DNA of 61,011 nucleotides, counting the filler. It is 3 parts of 3 records of this genome, joined end to end, with 100 filler letters (N's around TTAATTAATTAA, not from the genome) between each part and the next. Parts side by side here need not be neighbours in the genome. Positions count along the whole stretch, not along the records: positions 31,853 to 54,075 come from SRR31156797_4691; 2 more parts are not named here. One strand, written 5' to 3'. The notes under the pieces are model-generated. The model ran no database searches, was not told the DNA's origin, and was given only the letters and a program-made list of their open reading frames with translations. A program made the position numbers and the translations under genes. Position 1 is the first letter of the stretch, and every line of letters begins with the position of its first letter. Below, piece by piece: positions 39,133-47,658 of this stretch.

Positions 39133-39858
39133 ATGAACGGAAAACAGACCATGATGAAACCGGATCACCCACCGTATGGCAACCAAAACAACCGTTTCGG
39201 CCTCTTACTGGCTCTATTTATCATGCAGTTGATCACGACACCTTTCTTTGAAGGGAGCCTGGCCGCCGGCTATGCGGGAGACACGGTTTTTTATCTTTTT
39301 CTGGCGGCAGCCGCCTATTCCGTTCGAAAGAGCCGGTTTTTCAAGCTGACCATTCTACTGGGCGTCTGTACCATTCTGGGAGAGGGGAGCAGCTATTTCA
39401 CCCAAAACAGGCATATTCTCATCGCCACCAATTTCATATCATGCGCCTATCTCGGCCTGGTGACCTTTTTGATCGCCGCCGCCGTTGCCCGGCAAAGGGA
39501 GATCAGTACGGACAGCGTCCTGGGGGGCTTATGTGTTTACATCCTGTTGGGGATATTCTGGACAATTTTATTTGTGAACATTGAGATCCTCAATCCCGGC
39601 TCCTTCAGTTTCGGGGTGCACGGGCAGCCCCAAAACTTGCAATCCATGTACAAACTCATGTTTTTTTACAGCTATGTGACCCTATTGACCATCGGCTACG
39701 GCGAGGTGGTGGCACTTACGGGCATGGCACAAACCCTGACCATTCTGGAAGGGCTTATCGGTCAGTTTTATCTGATCTTCTTTATGGCTTCCCTGGTGGG
39801 CCTTTATGTTTCGGAGCGGCAATTCCATCGTTTTGATAACAAAAGGGAAGATTCATGA
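39133..39858 (+). CDS. Potassium channel family protein (Ion_trans_2)
   Basis: Several TM helices; pore FFYSYVTLLTIGYGE, EGLIGQFY; RBS GGGGAG before ATG 39133. Confidence 0.85.
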   Translation: MNGKQTMMKPDHPPYGNQNNRFGLLLALFIMQLITTPFFEGSLAAGYAGDTVFYLFLAAAAYSVRKSRFFKLTILLGVCTILGEGSSYFTQNRHILIATNFISCAYLGLVTFLIAAAVARQREISTDSVLGGLCVYILLGIFWTILFVNIEILNPGSFSFGVHGQPQNLQSMYKLMFFYSYVTLLTIGYGEVVALTGMAQTLTILEGLIGQFYLIFFMASLVGLYVSERQFHRFDNKREDS

Positions 39859-39943
39859 GAAGGGTCATTACGGCAGCAATGATAGGCGGTGATCCGCGCT
39901 CATGATCATTATTCTCAGATGATGGATATGGGCGTGGCTTGAT

Positions 39944-41137
39944 TCAGGATTCAATATACCTTTCGATTTCCGTTCTGGGAATCCCGAGACAGTACAAAAG
40001 ATGGATGATCTGATCCCCGTCCAGCATGCCATCCGTGGCAAAGTCTTTTTCCTCAGGTTTGAATGCGATGGAAAGCCCTGCGTTTTTTATGAAATGGGAG
40101 CGGATGGAGCCGTCTCCCACGGCAATGATCTGGTCACGGCTGATACCCTCCGCATCTCTGATGAAATCAAGGATCTCTTCCTTGGTGTCATCGGTAATAA
40201 TGGGTTCAAGCATTTGCCCTGTCATCTTCCCCGCCTCATCCACCTCCAGTGTATTTGAAAAGGCGTAGTCCACGCCCGCCTTCTGAAGGACTTCCTCCAT
40301 GAAGAGATCGATGCCCGATGAGAGGAGGGCCGTTTTGAACCCCATGGATTTCAGAATCCTGATCAACTCGAATGCATCCGGGTTTAATTGCAGGGCTTCC
40401 CTGAATCGCTCCAGCTCGGAGGCCGGAATCCCTCTGAGCCTTTCCACATGCCGGGAAAGTGTTCCGTTGTCATAAGCTGCTTCCCCACTGATACGATCAA
40501 TAAACCGCTTCAGTGAAAAGTCATGAAGCAGGGTGGTTTCCACATCAAACACCACGAGCTTTTTCATCTTACGATAGATATTTTCGCTCTGAATGACCAC
40601 GCCTTGACCCATCTCGTGGCACAGCGCTTTCAGCTCGGCTTTCATTTCAGAAAGGGCTTCCCGGCGTGTTGTCCCTTCCGTTTCGACCATTTTCCTTGTG
40701 TCTATGGTCATTTCCATGGAGAAGAATTTGCCCCGGGCGATCATTCTGCACGTCTCGATGTTGATGTGGTATCGGAGGAAAAATGAGGAAATTCGTGCGA
40801 TGATCCCCGGTTGATCAACCCCCAGGACCGTCACCAGATGGTTCTGCTTTCCAGGGGAGTGGGCAGGGTCCGTCTCCTCATAAATGCGAAACATGACACG
40901 AAGTTTTGTTTCTTTTTCAATATGTTTCAGCCGGTCCGCCAAGGTATCAGGGGAAAAGGGAGAAGCGGAAAAATCGATGATAAGGAAGATGGAGAAAAGT
41001 CCCCTGCGGGAGTTCTCTTCCACATCGATGATATTCCCGCCCATCTCAAAAATCCTCTCTGTAATAACCGACATGAGCCCCGGCGCATCAATGCCGACTG
41101 CCGAAAAACTGAAGGTTTTCGATATGTCACGCATCAT
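39944..41137 (-). CDS. ACT-ACT-HAD protein, SerB (phosphoserine phosphatase)-like with degenerate catalytic motifs
   Basis: Two ACT domains (GIDAPGL, GVDQPGI); HAD motifs FDVETT, LLSSG, K, AVGDGSIR. Confidence 0.8.
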   Translation of the reverse strand: MMRDISKTFSFSAVGIDAPGLMSVITERIFEMGGNIIDVEENSRRGLFSIFLIIDFSASPFSPDTLADRLKHIEKETKLRVMFRIYEETDPAHSPGKQNHLVTVLGVDQPGIIARISSFFLRYHINIETCRMIARGKFFSMEMTIDTRKMVETEGTTRREALSEMKAELKALCHEMGQGVVIQSENIYRKMKKLVVFDVETTLLHDFSLKRFIDRISGEAAYDNGTLSRHVERLRGIPASELERFREALQLNPDAFELIRILKSMGFKTALLSSGIDLFMEEVLQKAGVDYAFSNTLEVDEAGKMTGQMLEPIITDDTKEEILDFIRDAEGISRDQIIAVGDGSIRSHFIKNAGLSIAFKPEEKDFATDGMLDGDQIIHLLYCLGIPRTEIERYIES

Positions 41138-42051
41138 CCCTCCCCTTTCCGGCCCGCAAGGTTCTCTCTTTTATTGAAAAATACAAAGAGTTCTTCTTCA
41201 TAATATCTCCCATCAATGATCTGGCCCGGTGGAAATCTTTTCAGTCCTTTGTTCCTTAAAAACTTAAAGAATTTTTCATTGATGATTTCCAACGGTACAT
41301 CTCCTTTCAGCCAGTTCATGGGAAGATTTACATTGAGAGGACGCGCCGGAATAAGGTGCCTTGTTGCCTTCGGTGTGAACCGTTTGTTACGGTTCACGGC
41401 GTCCATAACCATTTCTTTGGAAATCCGCGGGGTCCAGAGGATCAGGTCATCTTTACCGATGGAATTTTGGCAATCTCCCGTCAATACCGACTGGCAGGGG
41501 ATATATTCAAGTTGATCGCCTTCATGTAAAAGCTGGTTCTGAAGGCGATTCGTCATGTGATAGGCACTCACCGCATCATGTACCGTTTCCTCGGGAAAAG
41601 CGATGAAGAAAAAACGGTCCTTGTGCTGAACCCCCAGATAAAGTCTGTTTTTTTCAAGCACCTTCTTGAGCTTAAACATGTCGGCTACCGGCTGCATGGT
41701 GGTGTTCAACGCCTGCATCAAGCCCTTGAGTTTGTCTGTGTCCCTGACCCTGGGAATGCAACGGAACCAGTATCTCAACTTAACGGTATGGTTAAAATAA
41801 TCAATCTTGCAAACCGGGATATAACGGAAATCCAATTTTTCTATGACGAAAGCCCTGTGGTGCCCGTCTATGACGGTGAACTTTTCATCGACAATGACCG
41901 GGTTCTGCAACAAGGCCCAGTTTCTCAACTGGAAGACCAATTGCTCGGTCTTTTGAGGGATGATTTGTTCATGCTGCCTCAGGTCGGTGACGGGCACGAT
42001 ATCCAAGTGCAAATGCATGTGGGTGGTCTTTATGGTAAACATTTTGCACAC
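41134..42051 (-). CDS. ParB/Srx-fold protein, SerK-like free serine kinase homolog
   Basis: HEQ, NPVIV, IDGHHR, IDYF...VKL..W, SKEMVMDAV...FTPKATRHLIP motifs in the same order as archaeal SerK; start GTG 42051 or ATG 42042. Confidence 0.75.
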   Translation of the reverse strand: MCKMFTIKTTHMHLHLDIVPVTDLRQHEQIIPQKTEQLVFQLRNWALLQNPVIVDEKFTVIDGHHRAFVIEKLDFRYIPVCKIDYFNHTVKLRYWFRCIPRVRDTDKLKGLMQALNTTMQPVADMFKLKKVLEKNRLYLGVQHKDRFFFIAFPEETVHDAVSAYHMTNRLQNQLLHEGDQLEYIPCQSVLTGDCQNSIGKDDLILWTPRISKEMVMDAVNRNKRFTPKATRHLIPARPLNVNLPMNWLKGDVPLEIINEKFFKFLRNKGLKRFPPGQIIDGRYYEEELFVFFNKRENLAGRKGEG

Positions 42052-42103
42052 TCAATCCGAAAATTGCCTGGTTTGCTCGAAATCTTGGGACGGCTAAATC
42101 AAT

Positions 42104-43519
42104 TCATAAAGTACCTGAACCATCTGATCGTGGCAATTTGACAATAAAGGCGGAACCTTCCTTCAATCGGCTTTCCACATGAACCGTGCCCCCGTGGGCC
42201 TCCACAATGGCTTTGACGAAACTGAGACCCAGACCGAGGCCCCTCCTGGAGCGGCTGAGATCGCCACGATACAACCGTTCCCAGATTCTGGGCACCTCGT
42301 TTTCAGCAATACCCATGCCTTCATCGGACACGGATATCACAACGTTGGGGCCTTTTATTGCGGCTTCAACCTTGACTTTGCCGCCCTTCTCCCCGTATTT
42401 AAAAGCGTTGTCCAGAAGGTTGGCCAGGACCTGCTGGAGCCGGGTTCGGTCCGCAAGTACCATGAGCGTTTCATTTACATTCACGACCACTTCCGTATCC
42501 TGCTCTTCCGCCACAATTTCATAGAGATCCACCACATCGCGGATCATGTGGGATACGGACAGCCGGGTTTTGTCCAACCGCATGGCACCTGTTTCCGCTT
42601 CCGCCACATCCATGAGGGTATTGAGCATGGTCAATACCCGTTCCGATTCTTCCATGCAGTCGCCCAGGGCTTCACGGCAGGCTTCAAGGTTTTCGGGGTC
42701 CTGAAGGGCAAATTCCGCCACCCCCCGAAGGCGCGTCATGGGGGTCCGCAAATCGTGGGCCACATTGTCCAGGGAATTGTGCATGGCCTGAATCAGCAGG
42801 TCGTTCTTATCCAGCATTTGATTGAACAGACCCACCAGTTCATCCATCTCCCCCCTTTCCCGGCGGACCGGTACACGAAAACTCATTTCACCGGTTTTCA
42901 GAATATTCTTAACGGTCTCAATCAAATTCCGGATGGGCTTGATGGCGCGAAAAGTGACCATGCCGCCGCCGATTACGCCCAATAGAAGGATGGGAATCAT
43001 GAAGATCAAGAAAACGGTTCTGAAATAGGAGAGCAGTTCCCGGCTCCGGGCTGAACTTTTGCCCACCTGAAGGGTAATGCCGCCGGGGAACGCTGCCATG
43101 CCGACGGTCCAAGACCCCTTTTCAGCGGATCCTTCGAGAGAAAGCCAGAAATCCTTCTTACCCGGCTGAACGGCACTCAAACGGCGCGGATCCGGACCTT
43201 CAAATCCGGGAGGAAATTTCACAAACAGAACCTGGTTCAGGGGCCCCACAATACGGACGAAAAAGATATCACCGGCGGGATTGGCCTGTTCATCAAATCG
43301 GGCTTTGAGGGCTCGAATCCCCCCTTCCTCATACCACGCCCGGTATTCCAGGATCCGATCCTTTACAATCTCCTTTTCACGCTGTTCAACCAGGTTACCG
43401 ATCAGGTAATAGGCCACCAGAAAGAGTCCACCCGAAGCGATAACAAAAAAGAGCGCGTACAGTACGCTCAGTTTCAGGCTGAAGGTCAGCCCGATCTTGC
43501 TACTGCTCTTTGAGGACAT
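42104..43519 (-). CDS. HAMP sensor histidine kinase (CusS/CzcS-like architecture)
   Basis: Two TMs, HAMP, AHDLRTP H-box, NLLDNA, DEGMGI, GLGLGL. Confidence 0.92.
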   Translation of the reverse strand: MSSKSSSKIGLTFSLKLSVLYALFFVIASGGLFLVAYYLIGNLVEQREKEIVKDRILEYRAWYEEGGIRALKARFDEQANPAGDIFFVRIVGPLNQVLFVKFPPGFEGPDPRRLSAVQPGKKDFWLSLEGSAEKGSWTVGMAAFPGGITLQVGKSSARSRELLSYFRTVFLIFMIPILLLGVIGGGMVTFRAIKPIRNLIETVKNILKTGEMSFRVPVRRERGEMDELVGLFNQMLDKNDLLIQAMHNSLDNVAHDLRTPMTRLRGVAEFALQDPENLEACREALGDCMEESERVLTMLNTLMDVAEAETGAMRLDKTRLSVSHMIRDVVDLYEIVAEEQDTEVVVNVNETLMVLADRTRLQQVLANLLDNAFKYGEKGGKVKVEAAIKGPNVVISVSDEGMGIAENEVPRIWERLYRGDLSRSRRGLGLGLSFVKAIVEAHGGTVHVESRLKEGSAFIVKLPRSDGSGTL

Positions 43520-44174
43520 AACCCATACCGCGCACCGTTTGGATCAGTTTTTTATCAAAATTTTTATCGATTTTGTTTCGCAAACGGCAGACCAGCACAT
43601 CCACCACATTGGTCTGAGGATCAAAGCTGTAATCGTAGACATGCTCCAGAATGGATGTTTTGGAGACAATGCGGCCCTTGTTCCGCACCAGGTGTTCCAG
43701 GAGGGCAAATTCACGGGAAGGGAGACTGATCTCCTCTTCCCCCCGTTCCACCTCCCGGGTCAGAAGATCCAGGGTCAGGTCCCCGGCGTGAAGGGTGCTG
43801 GGTTCCGCAACCCGGGTTGATCTTCGTATGAGCGCCTGAATGCGGGCCAAAAGTTCGGAGAATGAAAACGGCTTGGTCATGTAGTCATCTCCCCCGGTTT
43901 GAAGCCCCTTGACCCGATCATCCACCGAACGCCTGGCGCTGAGAATAATAACCGGGGTGGTGATTTTTTTCCGGCGAAGCCTCTCAATGAGAGACAAACC
44001 GTCGAGCCCCGGGAGCATGATATCCACAACGGCCGCATCATAGGGCTCGGTCTGCCCCAGGTGTAGCCCATCCACACCATCGTGGGCCACATCCACGGCG
44101 AATCCTGCCTGTTTTAAACCATTTGCAACAAATGAAGCGATTTTATGATCATCTTCAACGACTAAAATTCTCAT
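43500..44174 (-). CDS. OmpR-family response regulator (CusR/CzcR-like)
   Basis: VVEDD, DIMLP phosphoacceptor, KPF, NVVDVLVCRLR, TVRGMGY. Confidence 0.93.
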   Translation of the reverse strand: MRILVVEDDHKIASFVANGLKQAGFAVDVAHDGVDGLHLGQTEPYDAAVVDIMLPGLDGLSLIERLRRKKITTPVIILSARRSVDDRVKGLQTGGDDYMTKPFSFSELLARIQALIRRSTRVAEPSTLHAGDLTLDLLTREVERGEEEISLPSREFALLEHLVRNKGRIVSKTSILEHVYDYSFDPQTNVVDVLVCRLRNKIDKNFDKKLIQTVRGMGYVLKEQ

Positions 44175-44194
44175 GGTGTGATCGCTCTAAAAAC

Positions 44195-44235
44195 AAAAAA
44201 AAAGGGCGCTCTCCCGAAACCACGAAAGAGCGCCC
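44195..44235 (-). terminator. Intrinsic terminator after the cold-shock gene
   Basis: GGGCGCTCT / AGAGCGCCC 9-bp stem followed by a U9 tract on the minus strand. Confidence 0.8.
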
Positions 44236-44261
44236 CTGATACTCAAAAAAAATCGTTCAGA

Positions 44262-44462
44262 CTAACTTACCTTAACATTAGCAGCAGAAGGACCTTTCTG
44301 TCCCTGCTCAATATCAAACGTAACCTGGTCTCCCTCGTTCAGGGACTTGAAACCTTCCATAAGAATTGCAGAATGATGGACAAACACATCCGGACCATCT
44401 TCTTGCTCGATAAATCCAAAACCCTTTTGATCGCTGAACCACTTTACTGTTCCATTCGCCAT
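44262..44462 (-). CDS. Cold-shock protein (CspA family)
   Basis: [15 protein letters not shown]...[18 protein letters not shown]. Confidence 0.95.
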   Translation of the reverse strand: MANGTVKWFSDQKGFGFIEQEDGPDVFVHHSAILMEGFKSLNEGDQVTFDIEQGQKGPSAANVKVS

Positions 44463-44591
44463 AGTGACATCTCCTTTTCTTTCCAAATAAATCCACACTA
44501 CCATACTTGCGGCTGCCACTTTGAAAATGGAATTTCGTCTGAGAACGAAGCCAGCCCACGAGCTAGGGGAGGAAAATTAATAATGGTTTGG

Positions 44592-44619
44592 AAAGTAACA
44601 TGATTTAAGAAAAAATCAA
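44592..44619 (-). promoter_or_regulatory. Putative csp promoter, implying a long (about 120 nt) 5'UTR
   Basis: TTGATT-16 nt-TACTTT with extended TG. Confidence 0.4.
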
Positions 44620-44671
44620 GCTTTTTTTCATCATTTTGCAACATATACTGCATTTTTTCGTGAACACTCTT

Positions 44672-45922
44672 TCACACTTTCGCCCACAGACCACATAACC
44701 GCACAATCACCTCCGATGCTTTTTGAAGCGCAACTTCCGGAATCCATTCGGTTTTTGAGTGAACCATCATGGCGCCGGTGAATATATTGGGGGTGGGCAC
44801 TCCCAGAAAACAAAGCCGTGCGCCATCCGTCCCGCCGCGAATGGGATTCTCCCGGACGGCGATACCGGATGCTGCAATGGCTGTTTTGGCCATATCCGCC
44901 ACATGCGGATACCGGCGCAGAACCTCGTTCATGTTATTGTATTGATCTCTGGCCTTGACATTTATTGCCAGACCGCCGTAACGGAGCTCGAATATCCGTG
45001 CCAATTGTTTCAGGTAGTCCATTCGGCGATTATTGACGGTTCGGTCAAAATCCCGAATGATCAATTTGACCGTGGCCGAATTCTCATCACCTTCCATTCG
45101 GGTCACATGATAGAATCCTTCGCGATTCTCCGTATGTTCAGGGCTTTCCCATTCCGGCAGTGCCGCAACGAAACGGGCGGCCAGGGCCGCGGCATTGACC
45201 ATCCGGTTTTTAGCATATCCGGGATGAATATTACGGCCATTGAACGTAATGGACAATTCCCAGGCGTCAAAGCACTCCTGTTCAATTTCCCCCATCATGC
45301 CCCCATCCATGGTGTATCCGAATTCTCCCATCCGTTTCATTTGGATGAAATCCGTACCGGCGCCGATCTCTTCATCAGGGGTGAAAACGATTTTCAATTC
45401 CGGATGGCGCAGCTCCGGAAAAGCCTTAAATGCACAGAGCGCAGCCATAATCTCGGCAATACCCGCCTTGTCATCGGCCCCCAGAAGGGTACTCCCATCG
45501 CTGATGATGATCGTTTCTCCAATGAACGCCGATAGTTCGGGTGATTCCGCACATGTCAGCAACCGTTTTCCGGAGCCGGGAAGCCGAATATCGTCTCCGT
45601 CGTAATTCTCAATCACCACCGGTCTCACATCAGCGCCCGATTCGGACGGAGAGGTGTCGAGATGGGAACAGAATGTAATGGCGGGTCCGGCAAAACCGAT
45701 GGAAGGCGGCAATGATGCATACACATAGCAGTGGGCGTCTAGTTCAACATGCGACAACCCCAGCTCAATGAGTTCCTCCTTCAATAGTCGGGCCAGCATC
45801 CACTGCCCTTCCGAAGAAGGACGCATTTTGGAGGCGGGATCGGATCGTGTGTTAATCCGTACATACCTGAGGAAACGCTCTCTACCCTGATTTCTTAAAA
45901 AGGTCCTGATGGTTTCATTCAT
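44672..45922 (-). CDS. pepT: Peptidase T (M20B tripeptidase)
   Basis: SHLDTS, LLGADDKAG, FTPDEEIG, HPGYAK, IRGGTDG, PNIFTG...HS..EW. Confidence 0.93.
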   Translation of the reverse strand: MNETIRTFLRNQGRERFLRYVRINTRSDPASKMRPSSEGQWMLARLLKEELIELGLSHVELDAHCYVYASLPPSIGFAGPAITFCSHLDTSPSESGADVRPVVIENYDGDDIRLPGSGKRLLTCAESPELSAFIGETIIISDGSTLLGADDKAGIAEIMAALCAFKAFPELRHPELKIVFTPDEEIGAGTDFIQMKRMGEFGYTMDGGMMGEIEQECFDAWELSITFNGRNIHPGYAKNRMVNAAALAARFVAALPEWESPEHTENREGFYHVTRMEGDENSATVKLIIRDFDRTVNNRRMDYLKQLARIFELRYGGLAINVKARDQYNNMNEVLRRYPHVADMAKTAIAASGIAVRENPIRGGTDGARLCFLGVPTPNIFTGAMMVHSKTEWIPEVALQKASEVIVRLCGLWAKV

Positions 45923-46581
45923 CTGTTATTATTGAGATGGGCGATGTTCTCGAGATAGCCATCAATCACTTTCTGGGAATCCAACTTGAAAAGTTCCGCA
46001 TAAGCCTTGAGAAAATTCCTTAGATAAAACTCTTGGGGCAGGGATGCAACATCATCACTTTCCATGGCCGTCAATACTTTTAAACTGATCCGGGTCACTT
46101 CAAAGATCTCTTCAATAACGATTCCCACATGTTTTCGAAGCCGTTCCAGATCCTTACCGGAAATCAAATCTTTTGACAGAATCCCTTCCGAAACCTCAGA
46201 AAAGTCTTTTCTCTGAATTCGATCCCTGACCCTTGCGCGCAACATCTTTTGTCCTCCCGTTTTCTTTAGGGAAAACAATGGTATGGGTCCCTTCGGTTTA
46301 GACTTGTCAGTATCCAGAAACGACGCATCAATGGCGCCCTGATCGACCATTTCCCTGTTGTATGCCGCCCTTTGACGCTTGTCGATTAATGTGGAGAAAG
46401 CCTCTTCTATCCTGCTCAGAATCGTGCTCCTTTCCTCATCGGTGAAAAAAGAATCGGAAATCATTGAATCTTCTTCATAGATGGAAAGCGCATCCCGATA
46501 GGCCTGTCTGATTTCGAAAGACGAAGCATTGACGGGGATTTCCAGGAGTTCGTAAAAATTGAGTGTTTCAAACCGATCCAT
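45919..46581 (-). CDS. J-domain-like + RodZ-type HTH protein
   Basis: NFYELLEI...EIRQAY...EAF..L.D...R..Y J-like fold; C-terminal LERLR...TRIS...LP.EFY.RNFLKAYA. Confidence 0.75.
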   Translation of the reverse strand: MDRFETLNFYELLEIPVNASSFEIRQAYRDALSIYEEDSMISDSFFTDEERSTILSRIEEAFSTLIDKRQRAAYNREMVDQGAIDASFLDTDKSKPKGPIPLFSLKKTGGQKMLRARVRDRIQRKDFSEVSEGILSKDLISGKDLERLRKHVGIVIEEIFEVTRISLKVLTAMESDDVASLPQEFYLRNFLKAYAELFKLDSQKVIDGYLENIAHLNNNR

Positions 46582-47506
46582 ATTTCCCGATGGGGCTTGA
46601 TGTTTCTTCTGTTTTCTTCAACATCCGTTCCGTAGCTTGTTTCAGGTCGGTGGAAGTGGGGGTATAGGGATACTTATTGGCAAAGATGGTCTTGGCAAGG
46701 ACTGAGTTATGGACCCGTTCATCATAGGCGATATTGCCCAAAAATTGGAATCCCGCATAGAAATGTCGGTTGCAGACCTTTTCAATCTTATTGCCGAGCA
46801 TCTCATCAATATGTTTCCGGTATTGGTTCAAAACAAGCTTAAAAACCAGTTTGCGCAATTCCCTTTCAAGCACTTCCCCCCGGACAGGGTCTTTTGTCAT
46901 GACCCGATCAACGATATCCACGGGAGATCTGACCACCCCGGCCTCGGTTTCCCGGGCAAGTTCCTTGACGACATTACTGAAGGCATACTGTTTCAGGATC
47001 TGCTTTACACGTCTCAGATAGATGGCTTTGATAAATTGAACGGTGTTTTGTATGGAAGTGGGTTCCGGCGTAAAAACAAAAATGCCCTCATGGGCCGAGA
47101 GGAAAAAATCGAGCACATTATAGGTGGAACCGGCGCCAAGATCTACAAGAACGATATCGAACGGCAGTCTGCGGATGGCGTTGACGATCTTCACTTTCTG
47201 AGCGTAGAAAAGGTTCCCGATCTCCAGGGAACAGTCCATGGAACTAATGATGTGAAGGTTGGGTATCTCCGTGGGAACCGCGGCCTCTGAAAGGTCACTG
47301 ACGGTCTTGTTCAGATAGCTGTTAAGCCCTTTTTTTACCTGACGGAATCCCAGGAGAGAATGGAGATTGGAACCTCCCAGATCCAGATCCACCAGGACCG
47401 TATTATGCCCCTGCCTGGCGGACAAGGCACCAAAATTGGCCGCCAGAAAAGTCTTGCCGCTCCCCCCCTTGCCCCCGCCGATGGCATAGATCCGAGCCAT
47501 TGTCAT
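46568..47506 (-). CDS. MinD/FlhG-like P-loop ATPase
   Basis: Deviant Walker A GGKGGSGKT, DLDLGGSNLH, DLGAG, PEPTS; start 47506 or 47500. Confidence 0.85.
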   Translation of the reverse strand: MTMARIYAIGGGKGGSGKTFLAANFGALSARQGHNTVLVDLDLGGSNLHSLLGFRQVKKGLNSYLNKTVSDLSEAAVPTEIPNLHIISSMDCSLEIGNLFYAQKVKIVNAIRRLPFDIVLVDLGAGSTYNVLDFFLSAHEGIFVFTPEPTSIQNTVQFIKAIYLRRVKQILKQYAFSNVVKELARETEAGVVRSPVDIVDRVMTKDPVRGEVLERELRKLVFKLVLNQYRKHIDEMLGNKIEKVCNRHFYAGFQFLGNIAYDERVHNSVLAKTIFANKYPYTPTSTDLKQATERMLKKTEETSSPIGKYGSV

Positions 47507-47658
47507 CACCTGCACGGTTTTGTGATGTTTCCAAATGCCACTTTCAGCCAAAGATGGTATATTTTCACGGAATTATTAAATATGTCAAGGAAAAGAATTC
47601 GATTTCCAAGGGCAGTCGCATAAAATCCAATTGATTCCCGGAATCTTACAAGCTCCCC

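Noticed and set aside
41134-47506. ParB-fold gene plus ParA/MinD ATPase as a ParAB partition system
   Set aside because: They are about 4.5 kb apart in different units; the ParB-fold protein lacks an HTH and matches SerK; the ATPase is FlhG/MinD-like
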